IMG/VR virus record: IMGVR_UViG_3300037222_000100
Coordinates: 1-64,000 of that record
Source: a virus
DNA: 64,000 nucleotides
Reading direction: 5' to 3' (one strand)
In this document: piece by piece, positions 28,358-35,991 of the stretch
Position numbering within the stretch: the stretch's first letter is position 1
Layout of the letters: each line of letters opens with the position of its first letter
Translations under genes and position numbers: made by a program
The notes under the pieces: generated by a model
What the model was told of the DNA's origin: nothing
Database searches by the model: none
What the model saw: the letters and a program-made list of their open reading frames with translations, nothing else

Positions 28358-28493
28358 ATACAGGGGAGCGCTCTACTGCTGACGCTACACGCCACAAGCA
28401 TCGCTGATCGGGCGATCCTTTCTTTCGTCGTAGTACTCCGACTTCAGACTTCGGTGACATGACAGGAATTGCACCTGCGACCTCTCCCCGTAA
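28358..28493 (-). ncRNA. Circularly permuted tRNA-like RNA
   Basis: Order: GGGAG, T-arm, 3' acceptor CAUGUCAC, ~58-nt insert, 5' acceptor GUGGCGUG, D-arm, CUCCC. Confidence 0.7.
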
Positions 28494-28502
28494 GGAGTGA
28501 AG

Positions 28503-28575
28503 TAGTCCCTCTCGGATTCGAACCGAGAACCAACCGCTCATAAGACGGGTGCTCTAACCATTGAGCTAAAGGACC
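28503..28575 (-). tRNA. tRNA-Ile(TAT)
   Basis: Cloverleaf, loop CUUAUGA. Confidence 0.85.
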
Positions 28576-28603
28576 ATATGGGCCTCTCGCGAGGCCCAAG
28601 GGG

Positions 28604-28972
28604 TCAAAGATGCGATACCGCCTTTGGAGCAATTTCAGCCAAGGCCGGTGTTTGTGTTGTTTCGTTGTGCGTTGTCGTCCCACAGTCAATTTTGCTGACC
28701 CCGTAGTAGGGACGTTCGCCGTACCATGGTTCGCGATATGGTCGCGGATATGGTACTGGGTATGGGAGAGGATACGGTCGTGGAACCGAGATGGGCTGAT
28801 TCGCCAGTTCCTTCTTTAGGAGCCGAATGCAGTCCACCGTGGTCGGATTCCGACCGTGCCCTTTCCAGTCGAGCCCGCAGAGCGAGCAGACCGTCGATAC
28901 TGCGACGGGTTCAGGTTTGGTTGCTTTCTTTTGCGTTGCCATGATTGGTGACGAGTCCCTTTGACACTTCAC
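28604..28972 (-). CDS. Hypothetical protein with PYP repeats (start uncertain)
   Basis: CSLC; PRPYPLPYPVPYPRPY. Confidence 0.5.
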   Translation of the reverse strand: MKCQRDSSPIMATQKKATKPEPVAVSTVCSLCGLDWKGHGRNPTTVDCIRLLKKELANQPISVPRPYPLPYPVPYPRPYREPWYGERPYYGVSKIDCGTTTHNETTQTPALAEIAPKAVSHL

Positions 28973-29168
28973 CGCGATTTTCTCGTTTCTCGGTCATGCC
29001 GCCCCAAACACGTCCACGGGCAGAGTCGAGCACATGGCCCGCCTGCGTCGTACTCATGTTGAGCGCGTGACTGATCTGCGGGACGGTACTGCCCTCAAAG
29101 TACATCTTGAAGGCATCGTATTCGCTCGCGTTGAGACAATACACCGATTCGATGTCTCGCCTCGCCAT
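28911..29168 (-). CDS. Sigma-70 region 4-like HTH protein
   Basis: LNASEYDAFKMYFEGSTVPQISHALNMS; AGGAGGG RBS. Confidence 0.6.
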   Translation of the reverse strand: MARRDIESVYCLNASEYDAFKMYFEGSTVPQISHALNMSTTQAGHVLDSARGRVWGGMTEKRENRGEVSKGLVTNHGNAKESNQT

Positions 29169-29205
29169 TTCACCCTCCTTTAGGATGTTGGTTTTGGTAA
29201 TGCAG

Positions 29206-29278
29206 GGTGGCCGGAGGGAATCGAACCCTCATCGCGTGGATCACAACCACGAGTTCTAACCGTTGAACTACGGTCACC
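29206..29278 (-). tRNA. tRNA-His(GTG)
   Basis: Cloverleaf with G-1:C73. Confidence 0.9.
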
Positions 29279-29282
29279 ATGA

Positions 29283-29360
29283 TGCGCCGAGGGGTTTAGG
29301 TCCTTCCCCATCCGGGATTCGATGTACCCGTGCTCTTGAACCCGGTTGAGCTACCGACGC
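29283..29360 (-). ncRNA. Degenerate tRNA-like RNA
   Basis: Acceptor and D-arm present; enlarged anticodon loop; non-canonical T-loop. Confidence 0.5.
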
Positions 29361-29362
29361 GA

Positions 29363-29437
29363 TGCCCCCTCTGGAAGTCGAATCCAGACTATGGACGGGT
29401 TTAGACCGTATCCCTCTGCCAATTGGGGTAAGGGGGC
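29363..29437 (-). tRNA. tRNA-Leu(TAA), short variable arm, C33
   Basis: Leu-type D-arm; loop UCUAAAC. Confidence 0.75.
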
Positions 29438-29546
29438 GTAAACCCTGCCGACTTGCCATTACTTGTCGCGCCCTGACGGGCGCAGTACAGTGGTTGGTTC
29501 ACTACTCGGCTGAACGAGCATCAGCGTCAAGTCGAATCAGGGCTAG

Positions 29547-29617
29547 CTGCGGGTCAGGGATTCGAACCCCGATTGACTGGTTCAAGGCCAGCGGTCCTGC
29601 CGTTGGACGAACCCGCA
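29547..29617 (-). tRNA. tRNA-Gln(TTG), C33
   Basis: Loop CCUUGAA. Confidence 0.85.
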
Positions 29618-29776
29618 AAGGATCGTTGCATCTGCGGATTCTTGACACGTAGAAGCTCCTCAGTCAGCATCCGCACAATACTGTATTTGTACCGATGGAC
29701 AGCGGTTTCACGTTCTTGCACGATCCGCTCGTGCCTCTTCTTGGTGATGAACCACATGGGTCCAGTATAGCGAAAG

Positions 29777-29848
29777 CTGCGGGACAAGGATTCGAACCTC
29801 GATCCTCTGGCTCAGAACCAGATCACTTGCCGTTAGTACGATCCCGCA
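29777..29848 (-). tRNA. tRNA-Gln(CTG)
   Basis: Loop UUCUGAG. Confidence 0.9.
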
Positions 29849-29882
29849 ATGCGGCCCGGAAAGAATCTCCGGGCCAATTCTG

Positions 29883-29969
29883 TTACGACGTGAGACGCTC
29901 GACCGTCCAAGAGACTAGACCGGCGCTGAGCCAAGCGAGAACGCTACCGCCGCCTATGGTTACTGCCAT
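29883..29969 (-). CDS. 28-aa hydrophobic peptide
   Basis: GAGGGGGTG RBS; MAVTIGGGSVLAWLSAGLVSWTVERLTS; downstream hairpin. Confidence 0.5.
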   Translation of the reverse strand: MAVTIGGGSVLAWLSAGLVSWTVERLTS

Positions 29970-29989
29970 GTTTCACCCCCTCAAAGGGA

Positions 29990-30062
29990 TAGCAGTCCCC
30001 GGATTCGAACACGGGCTCTCAAGGTTATGGGCCTTGAATGGTCACCAGACCACCTGACTGCA
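29990..30062 (-). tRNA. tRNA-Met(CAT), initiator-like 1:72 mismatch, C33
   Basis: U1/U72 mismatch; loop CCCAUAA. Confidence 0.75.
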
Positions 30063-30064
30063 AG

Positions 30065-30138
30065 TACTCTCCCTCGGATTCGAACCGAGACTGGACCGGG
30101 CTTGAACCGGCTTCCTCTACCAATTGGGATAGGAGAGC
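30065..30138 (-). tRNA. tRNA-Leu(CAA), short variable arm
   Basis: Loop UUCAAGC. Confidence 0.85.
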
Positions 30139-30147
30139 ATATACGAA

Positions 30148-30187
30148 GTGATTATGCTAACCTCACACATGCGCGAGGCGTAAATTT
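30148..30187 (-). promoter_or_regulatory. Internal promoter/operator copy 1
   Basis: AAATTT..GCCTCGCGcATG..GAGG..cATAATCAC, similar to 35992-36033. Confidence 0.5.
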
Positions 30188-30260
30188 CCGGAGGAAGCAA
30201 CCGCTTTCGGTAGAGGCCCTAGGGGGTCCCCTCCAAATTTTTTGGCTACGATCAGCCGAG

Positions 30261-30335
30261 TCCTGTCGGGAGGATTTGAACCTCCGACTCCTCGCGTATC
30301 AGACGAGTGCTCTAACCAGACTGAGCTACGACAGG
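30261..30335 (-). tRNA. tRNA-Ile(GAT)
   Basis: Loop CUGAUAC. Confidence 0.9.
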
Positions 30336-30407
30336 TAGTTTGGGACTCCGCCGCGTCACTTCGGCAGTTTCTAGCACCGGGGCTTAGTCCGGGTCCCGAG
30401 AGTGCAG

Positions 30408-30475
30408 AGCCGACGCAGGAATCGAACCTGCCGGACCCCGGTGCATGCACCTAGTCTGGACCCCAGTCGTCGCAC
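30408..30475 (-). ncRNA. tRNA-like RNA lacking an anticodon loop
   Basis: Canonical T-arm GCAGGUUCGAUUCCUGC; palindromic GGUGCAUGCACC in place of the anticodon arm. Confidence 0.5.
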
Positions 30476-30482
30476 TACACAG

Positions 30483-30556
30483 CGGACCCAGGCGGAATCG
30501 AACCGCCGACACCTGCCTTTTCAGGGCAGTGCTCTACCTGACTGAGCTACAGGTCC
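30483..30556 (-). tRNA. tRNA-Phe(GAA)
   Basis: Loop CUGAAAA. Confidence 0.9.
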
Positions 30557-30823
30557 CTACTTTTGCCCGGCCAAGATGTCTTCGACCTGATCGAGCACCT
30601 TGGGCATGGACTCCTCTACTTCGCAGTCGATGCACTTCTTGCTGCCTCTGATTGCACGCTTCACGCAATGAGGTTCCTCACAAAGGATTCTCGTGGGCCG
30701 CATGAACTCTGGAATGTCGAAGTCTTCTTGCATCTTCATCTTTCGTCGTCTCAGGCCCGCCAGCAGAACGATGATCGCGCCTCCAGCGAGGAGGTTCTTC
30801 TGCTCTTGGTACATGCCACCCAT
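30557..30823 (-). CDS. Small Cys-rich protein (start uncertain)
   Basis: CEEPHC..CIDC; TGCTATCAT upstream. Confidence 0.45.
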   Translation of the reverse strand: MGGMYQEQKNLLAGGAIIVLLAGLRRRKMKMQEDFDIPEFMRPTRILCEEPHCVKRAIRGSKKCIDCEVEESMPKVLDQVEDILAGQK

Positions 30824-30849
30824 TAGGCGACGGATGATAGCACTTTCAG

Positions 30850-30934
30850 CGGAGGGACAAGGAATCGAACCCTCAGGACGCAAGCCCTGGCCTAGTTTTC
30901 AAGACTAGTTGCCGACCATTCAGCGCGGCCCTCC
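30850..30934 (-). tRNA. tRNA-Ser(TGA)
   Basis: Long variable arm; loop CUUGAAA. Confidence 0.9.
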
Positions 30935-30986
30935 AGGAGCGGACCGCCCCGAGAGCCATTTCAGGCCGGGAGACGCTACCGCTCTA

Positions 30987-31057
30987 AGGCGTCGTCCGGA
31001 TTCGAACCGGAGTGAGTCGGGTTGCAGCCAACTGCGTAGCCTCTCCGCCACGACGCC
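30987..31057 (-). tRNA. tRNA-Cys(GCA)
   Basis: Loop CUGCAAC; U73. Confidence 0.9.
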
Positions 31058-31063
31058 AATGTA

Positions 31064-31429
31064 CTACAGCACTACAAGACCTTCTTCGACCTCGGTGTGA
31101 CAGTTGCCGCAGAGAAGAGCACACTTCGCGGCCTCTGCCTGAACCGTCTTCCAGGCGCGAGTAAATCCCTTGGCCGCAATGCCAAAGGACTTCGTGGTCG
31201 GATCGAGATGATGAAATTGAAGAGCACCTTCGCACCGATCATACCCACACACTTCACATCGACCACCATGTTCTGCGACTAATTTCCGCTTGATCTCGCG
31301 TCGCTTCTCAGCGATGCGGTCGCTCTCGCACGGACGACAACGCCAACTGTTAGCGGCGTCAGGTCGCCTCCAATGAGACACGTCGCCGTGCCTCTTGCAG
31401 GTCTTGATCTGTTGCTCCACCTGTGGCAT
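31064..31429 (-). CDS. HNH endonuclease
   Basis: CEVCGY..LQFHHLDP..KCALLCGNCH. Confidence 0.85.
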   Translation of the reverse strand: MPQVEQQIKTCKRHGDVSHWRRPDAANSWRCRPCESDRIAEKRREIKRKLVAEHGGRCEVCGYDRCEGALQFHHLDPTTKSFGIAAKGFTRAWKTVQAEAAKCALLCGNCHTEVEEGLVVL

Positions 31430-31457
31430 TATACCATGGTGTACGCCAGACTTGTAG

Positions 31458-31532
31458 CTCACGGCGCTGGAATCGAACCAGCCTCATACTCGGGTAACAG
31501 CCGAGCGCATTCGCCTTGATTGCTAGCCGTGA
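31458..31532 (-). tRNA. tRNA-Asn(GTT)
   Basis: Loop CUGUUAC. Confidence 0.85.
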
Positions 31533-31545
31533 ATGCAGAGGAAGA

Positions 31546-31764
31546 TCACTCTTCCTCGTCCAGCTTGATGCAATTTGCGCAGTTACACAGCGCGGGCCGA
31601 CCTACTCCTCGCTCGCCTTCATGCGTCAGGCTATGGAGAGGGGCTGACCTACGAGTTCCTCGCTTGGGATGGATGCTCTTGATGCGCTCGTTGAGCACGG
31701 GGCATCGATAGAGATGCCCCTGTCCCGATGGGTACGACTTGTGACAGTACGAGCACCAATCCAT
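31546..31764 (-). CDS. Small Cys/His-rich protein
   Basis: CSYC..H..C, CNCANC; leaderless after TATCCT. Confidence 0.5.
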   Translation of the reverse strand: MDWCSYCHKSYPSGQGHLYRCPVLNERIKSIHPKRGTRRSAPLHSLTHEGERGVGRPALCNCANCIKLDEEE

Positions 31765-31788
31765 GTGGATAGGATATCAGAAATGAAG

Positions 31789-31873
31789 CGGAAGGTGTGG
31801 GATTCGAACCCACGGTGGCTTTCACCACGCCGAGTTAGCAACCCGGTACATTCGGCCTCTCTGCCAACCTTCC
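31789..31873 (-). tRNA. tRNA-Ser(GCT)
   Basis: Long variable arm; loop UUGCUAA. Confidence 0.9.
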
Positions 31874-32000
31874 AAATGGTGGACGTGCCCGGACCAGAGG
31901 CCCGAAAACTTTTGCCCTTTCGTGCTGGTATGTTCGTCACATTCAGCCGGGTTACCATACCAGTGGTACCCAACCTGATTCAGGGCATTCTGTACGTCCA

Positions 32001-32073
32001 AGCCCTTGGCGGGATTCGAACCCGCGCAAACCCGCTTAGGAACCGGGCACTCTGTCCGCTGAGTTACAAGGGC
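32001..32073 (-). tRNA. tRNA-Arg(CCT)
   Basis: Loop UUCCUAA. Confidence 0.85.
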
Positions 32074-32084
32074 GTACTACGAAG

Positions 32085-32490
32085 TGGACCCTGTGGGAAT
32101 CGAACCCACGTCTCCGGCATTCGTATTGCGTTACTATCTAGCAGCTTTGGGACAGGCTTGGCCCGTCTCCACCACTCGGTTTACGTCCGAGAACGGCACC
32201 GGGCCGAAGCCCGACTGATGCACCACCTGGTTTGAGTCCAGGAACTTGTCGCGGGGTGCTACCAACCGTTTTCTGTTCCGAGGCGTACGGTGACCCGGCT
32301 CTGACTAAACCAGAGCGAGAGTTGCCTCGCGAGCCGAGAGCGACGGGGAGTGCCCCGGTACGGGGTCTTCCATGAAGCTCGCGGGGATCGCGAGGGTGTC
32401 TGTGTTGCCTGTTATGGCTTGTGTCAGGTAGGTGTGACGACCGCTGCGTAACAACAACCGAGTCTTACCAGATCGATACCTGTAAGGCCC
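32085..32490 (-). ncRNA. ssrA: tmRNA
   Basis: GGGCCUU/AGGGUCC-A acceptor with G3:U, T-arm GUGGGUUCGAUUCCCAC, AUAACA before resume codon, tag ORF 32409-32305. Confidence 0.9.
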
Positions 32491-32629
32491 ATGCGGGGGC
32501 GAGGCTAGATAGCACCCCGCCCGCCGATGCTACTCGACTAACTGGGTACTGCCTGGATCACCCCCTGTAAGTTGAAGGACAAGGTAACCTCAGATGGCCC
32601 GTCTAGAAAGGGCGAAGTCAGCTACCTAG

Positions 32630-32701
32630 TAGACGATACTGGATTCGAACCAGTGACTTCCACGTTGTCACCGTGGCGCTCTCCCACTGAGCTAATCGTC
32701 T
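32630..32701 (-). tRNA. tRNA-Val(GAC)
   Basis: Loop GUGACAA. Confidence 0.9.
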
Positions 32702-32771
32702 AGGCTGCCCGTTGCCACTGGTAGTCTAGTCCAGATGCCGGGCTCTCCACAGGCATTCAACCTGGGAGCAG

Positions 32772-32842
32772 TACTCGGTGAAGGAATCGAACCTTCGTCG
32801 TCACGGTGTAAACGTGATGCTAAACCACTCAGCTAACCGAGC
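32772..32842 (-). tRNA. tRNA-Val(TAC)
   Basis: Loop UUUACAC. Confidence 0.9.
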
Positions 32843-32898
32843 ATGTGCCCGCCCACAGAGGGACAGGCATCGCACGCCGGGCGAACCCTAAACGTGAG

Positions 32899-32972
32899 CG
32901 GGACCTACCGGACTCGAACCGGCGACCTCTGCCGTGACAGGGCAGCGCTCTAACCAACTGAGCTAAGGACCC
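32899..32972 (-). tRNA. tRNA-Asp(GTC)
   Basis: Loop CUGUCAC. Confidence 0.9.
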
Positions 32973-33050
32973 AAGGGTGCCCCTGCGGGAGTCATCGTAT
33001 TGGGGATGACGGGCAGGGGACTTGTATGCAATTGGCCGATCTAGTCGGCA

Positions 33051-33117
33051 GCGGGGCGAGAAGGAATCGAACCCTCGCCTGCGGGTTTGGAATCCGCAGG
33101 TCCATCCAGGCGTCCCG
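33051..33117 (-). tRNA. tRNA-Trp(CCA), degenerate D-arm
   Basis: Loop UUCCAAA; T-arm intact; imperfect acceptor. Confidence 0.55.
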
Positions 33118-33124
33118 ATTACTT

Positions 33125-33526
33125 TTACTGCGCAATCCCGCAAGCGGTCTTGATTTCGTCAATGATGTTCAGTGGAACGTGAGAAATCTGTTCAAATTCT
33201 GTAGCCGTGTAGAGAGCGGTAAGATGTTCCGTGGAACAGATGGCCTGCTGTTCAGTAAGAATGGGGGTCTTTTCCTTTTCGATCTTCCTCCGAAGTTCAA
33301 GGCTTCGTGTCGAAGACCAGGAACCTTCCTTACCAAGAAATCCTTCGCCTTGCTTAGGATGGGGTACGGCTACAGCTTCCTTCTGAAGTTCCTTTGAGGC
33401 GTGCGTCAAGCCACTCGTAAGTGCATTGACTACACGTTCCCGCTCAACTTCGTATCCAGCGAAGAAGCCAATACCACCTGCGACTAGCACTGCTACGACG
33501 ATGAGGAGCTTCGCTTTGGTTGTCAT
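33125..33526 (-). CDS. Membrane-anchored protein
   Basis: N-terminal TM; TTGACA-17-TAGACT promoter, leaderless. Confidence 0.7.
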   Translation of the reverse strand: MTTKAKLLIVVAVLVAGGIGFFAGYEVERERVVNALTSGLTHASKELQKEAVAVPHPKQGEGFLGKEGSWSSTRSLELRRKIEKEKTPILTEQQAICSTEHLTALYTATEFEQISHVPLNIIDEIKTACGIAQ

Positions 33527-33562
33527 GCCCGTAGTCTACCGAACCACCGCTTGCTTGTCAAG

Positions 33563-33631
33563 CGGGAGATCGAGGAATCGAACCCCGTCCTAGAGTTTTG
33601 GAGGCTCCTTGGCTGCCATAGCCTATCTCCC
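33563..33631 (-). tRNA. tRNA-Trp(CCA), short D-arm
   Basis: Loop CUCCAAA. Confidence 0.8.
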
Positions 33632-33952
33632 TCGTTGATACGTGCGCTCCCTGTGACAATTGGCGCAGACGACTTCGCACTTGGCGATCTCTGCCTTGAT
33701 TGTATCCCATGCCGCTGCAATCTTGGCAAAGCGGCTAACCTCACATCTCTTCTCTCCGCGTACATGATCGAACTCCATCACGTAGTAGGGGTAGGCCACC
33801 TTGCAATCAGCACATGGGCGATCCTTGGCCTCACGGATGAGACGCTTCTGAGCCTCTATTCTGACCCTTTTACGGGCCAGAAGAACTTCACGATTGTCTT
33901 TCTGGTACTGACGTTGATACTCGATCTTGGCTGTGCCTTCAAGCGCCATCAT
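33623..33952 (-). CDS. HNH endonuclease
   Basis: CADC..MEFDHVRGEK..KCEVVCANCHRERT. Confidence 0.85.
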   Translation of the reverse strand: MMALEGTAKIEYQRQYQKDNREVLLARKRVRIEAQKRLIREAKDRPCADCKVAYPYYVMEFDHVRGEKRCEVSRFAKIAAAWDTIKAEIAKCEVVCANCHRERTYQRGR

Positions 33953-34071
33953 CAGTTATGTAGGAGAAGGTCATGGTTTTATTTGGTCACCATGACCTTC
34001 ACCCCAAGAGGCCGGAGTCTGACGAAGTACTCGCGGGGTGATCAACTCCCCGACCGCTCCTCGTCCGGCCA

Positions 34072-34143
34072 AGCCAACACTCGGAGTCGAACCGAGTTCT
34101 CTCGCTTACGAAACGAGTGCATCACCAAGAATGCTTTGCTGGC
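34072..34143 (-). tRNA. tRNA-Thr(CGT)
   Basis: Loop UUCGUAA. Confidence 0.9.
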
Positions 34144-34265
34144 ATAGAACACAAGAGAGTGGCCCGGCAAACCCTGGTGACGGCGAAGGGGAGAACACCA
34201 CATTCACCCTTGAACTTCGACCGCAATGGTGTCCACGACATCTACTGGCGGACCTCCTGTGTTCA

Positions 34266-34337
34266 AGCCCACGTCGGGAATCGAACCCGAACCTCATCCT
34301 TACCATGGACGCATGCTACCTTTAGCACCACGCGGGC
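34266..34337 (-). tRNA. tRNA-Thr(GGT)
   Basis: Loop AUGGUAA. Confidence 0.85.
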
Positions 34338-34343
34338 ATCAAA

Positions 34344-34391
34344 GACCCGGCCGCATACCCCAGGTACCTGGGACAGAGGCGGGACCGGGCC
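34344..34391. repeat. ~49-nt hairpin repeat, copy 1
   Basis: GACCCGGCCGCATAC..CAGAGGCGGGACCGGGCC shared with 36038-36086. Confidence 0.8.
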
Positions 34392-34567
34392 GTACAACAG
34401 TCCTGTCCATGAGCCCTACGGCTGACGACAGGAGCGCTCCGTCCGCGATCCCTCTACCGGGGGCCGACCGAGCAATAGGCAAGGAGTAACCCGCCCTGAG
34501 GACGCTAGCGAGGTTAGATCGCGTCCACCACAGGGCTCACGCCTCGTGTTTCGTGTGTCACTCCTAG

Positions 34568-34641
34568 TCAGGATAGGAGGATTTGAACCTCCGCCCTCTT
34601 CGTTCCGAACGAAGCGCGCTACCAAGCTGCGCCATACCCTG
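34568..34641 (-). tRNA. tRNA-Pro(CGG)
   Basis: Loop UUCGGAA. Confidence 0.9.
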
Positions 34642-34787
34642 TAGATGCCGCATCGGGTAGACAGGTCCTTGCAGAATCCGCCTACGGCCTGGTGGCCGTG
34701 CGCAACTCATTCGGGACCCGTTACTTTCGATGTCCTCCGGGTCATGAGTCCCGTTGGATACGTCCCTCGCGATGGGATTTCCGACAG

Positions 34788-34882
34788 TGCGCAAGACGGG
34801 ATTCGAACCCGCATTCGCTGGTGTGAAAAACCAGTGCTGTGGAGACTGTTTGACGGCCTCTCTACCGTTCAGCTACTCACGC
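34788..34882 (-). tRNA. tRNA-Glu(TTC) with extra hairpin in D-loop
   Basis: Loop UUUUCAC; ~22-nt insert inside D-loop. Confidence 0.75.
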
Positions 34883-34945
34883 ATGTGCTGAGCCAGGCTT
34901 GGCCTCAGCGTGGATGGACATTTGAGTCTGCCATCGATCAGACTA

Positions 34946-35017
34946 TCGGGAATGCAGGAGTTGAACCTGCGCTAGAGCGTTCCAAACGCCCGGTGCGGCC
35001 ACCAACACTTATCCCCG
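34946..35017 (-). tRNA. tRNA-Pro(TGG)
   Basis: Loop UUUGGAA. Confidence 0.85.
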
Positions 35018-35060
35018 TAGTCGGCACGGGTTACCATGCCGAGGTCATACCGGTTGCTAC

Positions 35061-35363
35061 TTATTCGACAGGCGGCTCGACCGGCGCTGGCGGAGTTACT
35101 GCATCGTCAAGTGCAGTCGTGTTCGCCTCAACCTGAGATGTGCTTGCCGTGACCGTCGTCGTAGCCGCATCGACTGCGGCCTGAGTTGGGTCGTTCGTGA
35201 TCTTGTCAACGGCTGCGGTGACGGCCGTCGTGTTAGCCGCTACAGCGGCTTCGTTGGCGGCAACTGCCGCCGTGAGTGCATCGGTGTTTGCCACTAGCTT
35301 CCTCTGTTCTCGTAGTAGTTGCTCCAAAATCTCATGCTGAGATTTATGGCGTCTGTATTCCAA
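35061..35363 (-). CDS. Ala/Thr-rich coiled-coil protein (start uncertain)
   Basis: AAGGAGGG before TTG; heptad A-V-A-A-N repeats. Confidence 0.5.
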   Translation of the reverse strand: MEYRRHKSQHEILEQLLREQRKLVANTDALTAAVAANEAAVAANTTAVTAAVDKITNDPTQAAVDAATTTVTASTSQVEANTTALDDAVTPPAPVEPPVE

Positions 35364-35389
35364 TAGACCCTCCTTGATTGGATGGGCAG

Positions 35390-35462
35390 TGGACCTGGAG
35401 GGACTTGAACCCTCTACCTCCTGCTTGCAAGGCAGGCGCTCTCCCAGATGAGCTACAGGCCC
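35390..35462 (-). tRNA. tRNA-Ala(TGC)
   Basis: G3:U70; loop CUUGCAA. Confidence 0.9.
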
Positions 35463-35512
35463 ATACGGCACCCCTGTTCTGAGCCTTTATCTCTCAGCCA
35501 GGTGATGCCAAA

Positions 35513-35584
35513 TGCCCCCGTGGAGAATCGAACTCCAGCATCCGGGGTAAAAGCCCGGCGGTCTACCACTAACCATACGGAGGC
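35513..35584 (-). tRNA. tRNA-Lys(TTT)
   Basis: Loop CUUUUAC. Confidence 0.9.
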
Positions 35585-35693
35585 GAAGGCCCAGACCAGA
35601 GCGTAGACGCTTCAATGCTTTCGGCTCCACGTCTACGGTTAGCCTGGGGTGCTGCATCATACTCGTGTGTCGTTTGCCGGAGTCATGTCCGGA

Positions 35694-35768
35694 TGCGGCC
35701 CGTGGGACTCGAACCCACAAGCGACACGTTCTAAGCGTGCCAGGTATACCAATTCCCGTCAGAGCCGC
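35694..35768 (-). tRNA. tRNA-Leu(TAG), short variable arm
   Basis: Loop CUUAGAA. Confidence 0.85.
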
Positions 35769-35906
35769 GTGTCCTCCTGCTCTCGATGCTAGGAGGGGTA
35801 CTCTTCTGTATTCATTCTTCGACATCGAGAGCGTGCCGTCCCATCAACTCCCTGATTGGGTGGGCTAGGGAGGCCATCGGTCTTACACCCTAAAGACGAT
35901 TCTTGA

Positions 35907-35989
35907 TGCGCAGGGAGGGAGTCGAACCCTCACGAGCTTTCGCCCACCACGTCCTCAACGTGGCGTGTCTACCATTCCACCACCAGCGC
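35907..35989 (-). tRNA. tRNA-Leu(GAG)
   Basis: Long variable arm; loop UUGAGGA. Confidence 0.9.
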
Positions 35990-35991
35990 GG

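Noticed and set aside
28400-28450. Hammerhead ribozyme in the permuted-tRNA insert (CUGAA..GUCG/CGAC-GAAA)
   Set aside because: Core is CUGAA rather than CUGANGA, and no stem III/NUH site could be placed
29363-29437. Amber suppressor (CUA) reading of loop UCUAAAC
   Set aside because: The stem register puts UAA at 34-36 and the body is Leu-type; TAG is used as a normal stop by many genes here
30188-30202. SRP RNA-like CCGGAGGAAGCAAC
   Set aside because: On the opposite strand to the operon, lacks the CAGG partner and flanking helix, and adjoins a promoter repeat
31879-32000. 5S rRNA (size ~120 nt)
   Set aside because: No loop C CCGAAC or loop E signatures
34400-34540. HDV-like (theta) ribozyme after tRNA-Pro
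   Set aside because: A pseudoknot is possible (CCUGUC/GACAGG) but P1.1, P4 and the catalytic C junction are missing
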